Source of the DNA: Chromera velia
Lineage: Eukaryota
Length of the DNA: 52,858 nucleotides
Direction of reading: 5' to 3'
Assembly: GCA_018398765.1 (NCBI GenBank)
Contig: JAHBMJ010000247.1
Location: forward strand, 1-52,858
A model generated the notes under the pieces. It made no database searches and had not been told where the DNA came from. It was given only the letters and a program-made list of their open reading frames with translations. Below, one piece after another: positions 48,268 through 52,858 of this stretch. A program made the position numbers and the translations under genes. The number at the start of each line of letters is the position of its first letter. The stretch's first letter is position 1.

Positions 48268-50127
48268 TTAAACGTTCAACCCTCTTAAATGCTCTTCCAA
48301 CAAGAGAAGGGTCGCATTTCTTTCATCCTTTTTCACCCCCCCCTTTTTATCAAAAAAACTTTTGATTGCCCTTTCACGATACTTTCGCTGAGCGGTTTCA
48401 ATCTCTTGTGGAGTCCCAAAGTAGTCTTTGCGGGAGTTTTCATTGTGTAGACATTCGCGCACATGTTGGTGAGCACTCCGCAAATCAGCGCCATGATAGG
48501 CATGATACCAGCCACAAAAATGAGCCATGCAACTTTCGCACTTCAATGCCATACAGCCTGTGAAATCTGCATAGAATGCCCTGCAGTTTAGGCAGCACAG
48601 GTTCAGAACTTCATCTCTGATCTGCACAGCCAGTCGTTCAACCTTCTGCTTGAACTCGTCTGATCTATTCCCGACGTCATCCAGGATACGTTGCCTCTCC
48701 TTCTCCAATTTCTCTTCAAACTCAACCCGAACGTCCCCCTCCACTTCATTCCGAACGGCATCCCTCCTAGCGCTCTCGAATCTCTCAAACACCTCTGTCG
48801 GCAGTCGGGTTGCCAGGGATTGGACTCTGAACTGACAAACAGACAGTTGTGGGCGACGGAAACGTCCCCCTCCCTGTGCTGCTGCGACTGCCATCGGTTG
48901 ACCCTCCGCAGCTGTCCTCCCAATCGGGCAGAGAAGACAGCTGCGGGTAGATCGGAGAGATGACAACTGATCTTCGAACAGAGGTTTCATGCACTCAAGG
49001 CACCAGAAGTGCCCTCCTGTGCAGAGGACACCTTCGGACGCACGTTTTCTTTCTAAGTACGCGCTGCAGTTATGCTGCTGCTCGCATGCTCGGTTCACGT
49101 GTGCAAGGTCCTCCAGGAGGCTCACAGAGCGAAACGCAAGATCAACGAACGCCTTGCGGCACGCCGCAGCTGTTGCAGTACACCGAAGCTTGGCGCCTCC
49201 ATCAACAACCTCATACCAGAAGCTGGTGGGACCCCGGAGGAGCATGCAAGCCCCCCGTGGTTTCTCCAAATCCTCCCGAATGGCATTCGCGACTGCAGGA
49301 GGGAAGTGAGAGATCTCACAATCCTCCACAAGACCGCAGTCCTCAGGAGGCTTCTGCAACAGATGTCTGACGTCTCTCACGCACTCACGTACTTTCTCTT
49401 TCAGGCCTCGAAAATGCAGATTGTGGCGACCCGACTGACCTACGTCCGACCTGACAATGCAAAGCTTTTCAAGCACTATGCTTTCTATCCGCTCCCTCAA
49501 AACTCCACTTGATCTCAACAATCCCGCCTGACTTTCCCTCATCTCGAGGGTACCGGTCTCAAGGCGAGCTGCAGAGCCAGACAGATTCTCTATCTCCTTC
49601 TTCCACTTCTGTATCTGTTTCTTTGAGGAGAGGGGAAGCGATGAGTTCTTTCGGAGACTGTCAAGCTGGGTCTCATCGAAAAAATCCCCCAAGACTCGGA
49701 CTTTCGGTTTCTCCAGAAGAAACTCTGACTCGTACTTGTCCCCCTCAGAGGGATCTCTTAACTGTGCGTCTGAGTGAGCAAACGCATACAAGGAGCCGTG
49801 GGGATATGTACCTTTGTGGCCACACATCTTGGTGCGGTACACAGAGGGGTGGAACATTTGCTCGTTCTTATTGCGAGCGCCATCAAAGAAGTACGGGGTC
49901 TTGAACGGATCTCCTCTTCTCTCGGCATCACTGTGAAACCCAAAACAGACAGCTCTATCATGAGGATCCTGTACATTGCAGGGCTGTGTTTTGAACTGGG
50001 ACATCGTCACTCTGGCATCGTCAATGCGCTCCGCATGAGACGTAGGCTCAGCTTTGCCCCGTCTCGTTGACGCGGAAGCTGAGCCAGCGGATGGATTTGA
50101 TCCCCATCTCTTGAAGGGTTGTGTCAT
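48268..50127 (-). CDS. Intronless protein with Unkempt-like CCCH zinc fingers, a possible KH-like segment and a RING plus IBR/Rcat (RBR-like) E3 module; several zinc ligands mutated
   Basis: FKTQPCNVQDPHDRAVCFGFH; YRTKMCGHKGT(Y)PHGSL(Y)AFAH; CSA(Y)L...LCTGGHFWCLEC...LLCP; C(L)NC...DFTGCMALKCESCMAHFCGW(Y)H...HQHVREC. Confidence 0.8.
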   Translation of the reverse strand: MTQPFKRWGSNPSAGSASASTRRGKAEPTSHAERIDDARVTMSQFKTQPCNVQDPHDRAVCFGFHSDAERRGDPFKTPYFFDGARNKNEQMFHPSVYRTKMCGHKGTYPHGSLYAFAHSDAQLRDPSEGDKYESEFLLEKPKVRVLGDFFDETQLDSLRKNSSLPLSSKKQIQKWKKEIENLSGSAARLETGTLEMRESQAGLLRSSGVLRERIESIVLEKLCIVRSDVGQSGRHNLHFRGLKEKVRECVRDVRHLLQKPPEDCGLVEDCEISHFPPAVANAIREDLEKPRGACMLLRGPTSFWYEVVDGGAKLRCTATAAACRKAFVDLAFRSVSLLEDLAHVNRACEQQHNCSAYLERKRASEGVLCTGGHFWCLECMKPLFEDQLSSLRSTRSCLLCPIGRTAAEGQPMAVAAAQGGGRFRRPQLSVCQFRVQSLATRLPTEVFERFESARRDAVRNEVEGDVRVEFEEKLEKERQRILDDVGNRSDEFKQKVERLAVQIRDEVLNLCCLNCRAFYADFTGCMALKCESCMAHFCGWYHAYHGADLRSAHQHVRECLHNENSRKDYFGTPQEIETAQRKYRERAIKSFFDKKGGVKKDERNATLLLLEEHLRGLNV

Positions 50128-50709
50128 CGCGCCAGGTAGTTTGTCGAAGCCTCAGAACTGCTTCTACAAGTAAAAATCTGTCAGTGACCTGCGTTTCGTC
50201 TCGCAGGGGCTGTATATAAGACTTTGGCCGTTCAAGCAAGCTTTTCTGTAAAAGGACCCGAATCTGATCTGCCAGACAACCATCAAACAGACCGAGACAA
50301 ATTAAGTTGGGGAAGGCGGACACGTTGTTGTCGCCTTGAACCTGAGTCGACCTGTGATCGAGGCGGCAACTGGTGTCAGATTAGACCGCATTCAGAATGC
50401 TGAGCATCGATCGGGGAGACGGGGACTGCGTTTTGCAAGCATTCCGAGTTAAAAGGGCGCGCATCTTAATTGCCGGGCGCTTGAGGTTCAGGTCGGCGCG
50501 CGGGACCATGCATGCAGCATGTGCGCGCAAAACGCGCGTACATGCATGCATAGCTACATATATATAGTGCGCAGACATTTGTGGCTTCGGATGCATGGCA
50601 GAGAAGTTGCACAATGATGAAACCTGCATGACGTTAATTAATTTTTTCACCAGCCCAGACGACATCTGCCTCTGGGAAAGACAAACACAGTTTAGCAGCG
50701 ACCCTGAAA
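50128..50709. promoter_or_regulatory. Divergent promoter region with two TGCATGCA palindromes
   Basis: Lies between head-to-head genes; TGCATGCA at 50509 and 50543. Confidence 0.4.
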
Positions 50710-51955
50710 ATGGACGAGCTCGCGAAGTTTGCCTACGTTAACGGGAGTGCCTTCCCGAAGGTACCCCAATCCGTGTTCAAAGGCATGGCTGGATTGCCTG
50801 ACCTGAAGCTCGATGATCTTTTCGCAGGCATGGGCTTCAACAACAAAGACAAAGACACTGACAAGTATTTGAAGAAAAGCTGCCCCTGTCCCGACGAATT
50901 CGAGGTCCGACTTGCAGATGCTTCAAATTCAAACCCGTGCGGAACCTGTGCCGTGGTCGACACCCCCTTGCGCCGCAACCGGTATGACCTGAATGGAAAT
51001 GATGTCGGAGACTACACGCCGGACAAAAGCGGACTGGACGCTCCCGGTGACTTTCCCGACAACCCCACTTCCTCTGATGTCCCCTCTGCCCGCTTTGTGA
51101 GCAATACTGTTCACAAGCAGACTGCCCCGTTGGTACCCAACCAAATGGGGTGGTCTGACTTCCTCTGGGCCTGGGGGCAGTTTCTCGACCACGATCTGGA
51201 CCTCACCCCTGAGGGTGCCATCCACGCTGACATCGGCGTGCCAACGGGAGACCCGACCTTCGACCCGCAGTCAACCGGCACACAAGTCATCCCCTTCAAG
51301 AGAGCACGAGTAAGCAACCCAGGAGATCCAGAAGACCAACAAGTGCACCCAAACATCATCACCGGATATATAGACGGATCCAACGTGTACGGAAGTTCAA
51401 ACGCCACCACCAACTGGATCCGCACATTTGAAGGGGGGCGGATCAAAATGTCCCCCAACAATCTCCTGAGATATCTGGGAGACGGGCAGACACGCCCACC
51501 AGATGACAGCGTCTTCAGTGCATCCTTTGACAGGAAGGCCTTCATTGCGGGGGACGAAAGAGCCAACGAGAACCCGGTGCTCGCCTCTATCCATACACTC
51601 TGGGCAAGAGAACACAACCGCCTGGCAGACGAAAAGACCAAAGAGGGGCTGAACGATGAGGAAGCCTTCCAGTGTGCTCGAAGGCTTGTCGTCGCACAGC
51701 TCCAGCACATTTCCTACGCGGAATTCCTGCCGCGCCTTGTGGGTCCAGACTACTTCCCCATGCCGGTACGTGTGGGATTGAGTAGGAATCCTTGAGTTTC
51801 GGCGACAAATTTGTCTTTCATTGGGTCCTGCCTAAGCTCATGATTTCCGCTCCATCAAGTGCGTTCTCTTTTCTGCGGTTTGATTCGAAGTTTCCTCCCT
51901 GCTTACTTCAAGTCGATGGCCTCTGTCTGTAGTCCTGCCTGTGCATGTGTACGTG

Positions 51956-51993
<38 letters not shown>

Positions 51994-52858
51994 TGTGTGT
52001 GTGAATGTACAAGACTGGAAGGGAGAGAAATCCATGCGATCCGAGGGAAACGTGTTTGCGGACGAAAAAGGAGAAAGCACGCTCTCCAGGAAGAAAAACA
52101 AGAAAGCGCAGGCATGCATGCCCATGTTCGAGACGTTGCTGTGTTTGTAAGTTCAGTTCACCCTTTCTCTCCCTTTCCCTTTCCCACTGCAGAACTTTGA
52201 CAAGCCAGACGGTCAGCCGAACGCCAACTGCCGTGCCTGGGCAGCAGACCCTCCTGATCCGTCTATCGAGGAGCCCTTCTCGGGTGCCGCATTCAGAGTG
52301 GGGCACACCCTTGTGACCCCTGACCTTCTTCTTGTGGACGACAAGGGAAAGGAGCTGAAGGACTCCCCCATCCCCCTGAGAGAGACCTTCAACACTGAGG
52401 CACCCGAACTTCTGGAGCGGTACGGCATCGAGGCCTTCCTCCTCGGTCTCACTGCTCGCAGGTTGGTTGATTGTCGAGTTTCTTTCTCTCTGGGTGATGA
52501 GGCAAAACTTCTGTACCTGCTGCAGAGCTACTGGTGCAGCTGCAGTCAGTGAGGCAAGAAAAGGAAGACCCGGTTCGAGTCCAGTGCGTCTGATCAGAGT
52601 TCGACTACCGCAAGAAGCGTGGATCCTCATCTGAAGTCTCATGCGGAATGTACTTATTTGCCGTTCTGAGCTCTCCCCATCCACAAGCGAGAAAGAAAGA
52701 GTGAATGAATGAGCTCTGACTCTTGTCTGTGTGCAGGGCTCAAACGTTGGATGTCATGATTGCTGATGACCTCCGCAACATGCTCTTCTTCGGGTGCTCG
52801 ATGTGTGACACCCCCCGGGGAACCGATCTGATCTCTCTGAACATCCAAAGAGGCCGTG
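50710..52858 (+). CDS. Heme peroxidase, peroxidase-cyclooxygenase (animal-type) superfamily; 3' end runs out of the window
   Basis: WGQFLDHDLD, TGYIDGSNVYGS, AGDERANENPVL, REHNRLA, AAFRVGHT, DLRNMLF, DLISLNIQRGR. Exons 50710-51765, 52193-52461 and 52737-end are phase-consistent. Confidence 0.93.

Overview
Eukaryotic nuclear DNA with GT-AG introns full of (GTCT)n, (CA)n, (GA)n and (ACTC)n microsatellites. The style and a signal-peptide-plus-Phe plastid leader suggest a chromerid alveolate such as Chromera; this is inference. In order, the window holds: the 3' end of a DEAD-box/GUCT helicase with a nearby inverted copy fused to a ~570-bp tandem array; a full-length decayed Ty1/copia element (5590-11114, TSD ATTAT) with non-canonical AG...CT LTR ends; a MORN-repeat gene; a frameshifted permuted-papain-like peptidase with a glycine-zipper tail; a ~10-kb plastid-targeted helical-repeat-like gene; a low-complexity unknown gene; a non-autonomous LTR element; a frameshifted LRR gene; an intronless CCCH-(KH)-RBR-like gene; and the 5' part of a heme peroxidase. 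The strongest cross-cutting signal is C->T / G->A change concentrated at CpA/TpG and CpG. It appears in both LTR pairs, in the copia stop codons, and as four Cys->Tyr changes at predicted zinc ligands of the RBR-like gene. This resembles fungal repeat-induced point mutation (RIP) in an apparently non-fungal genome. All counts are manual.
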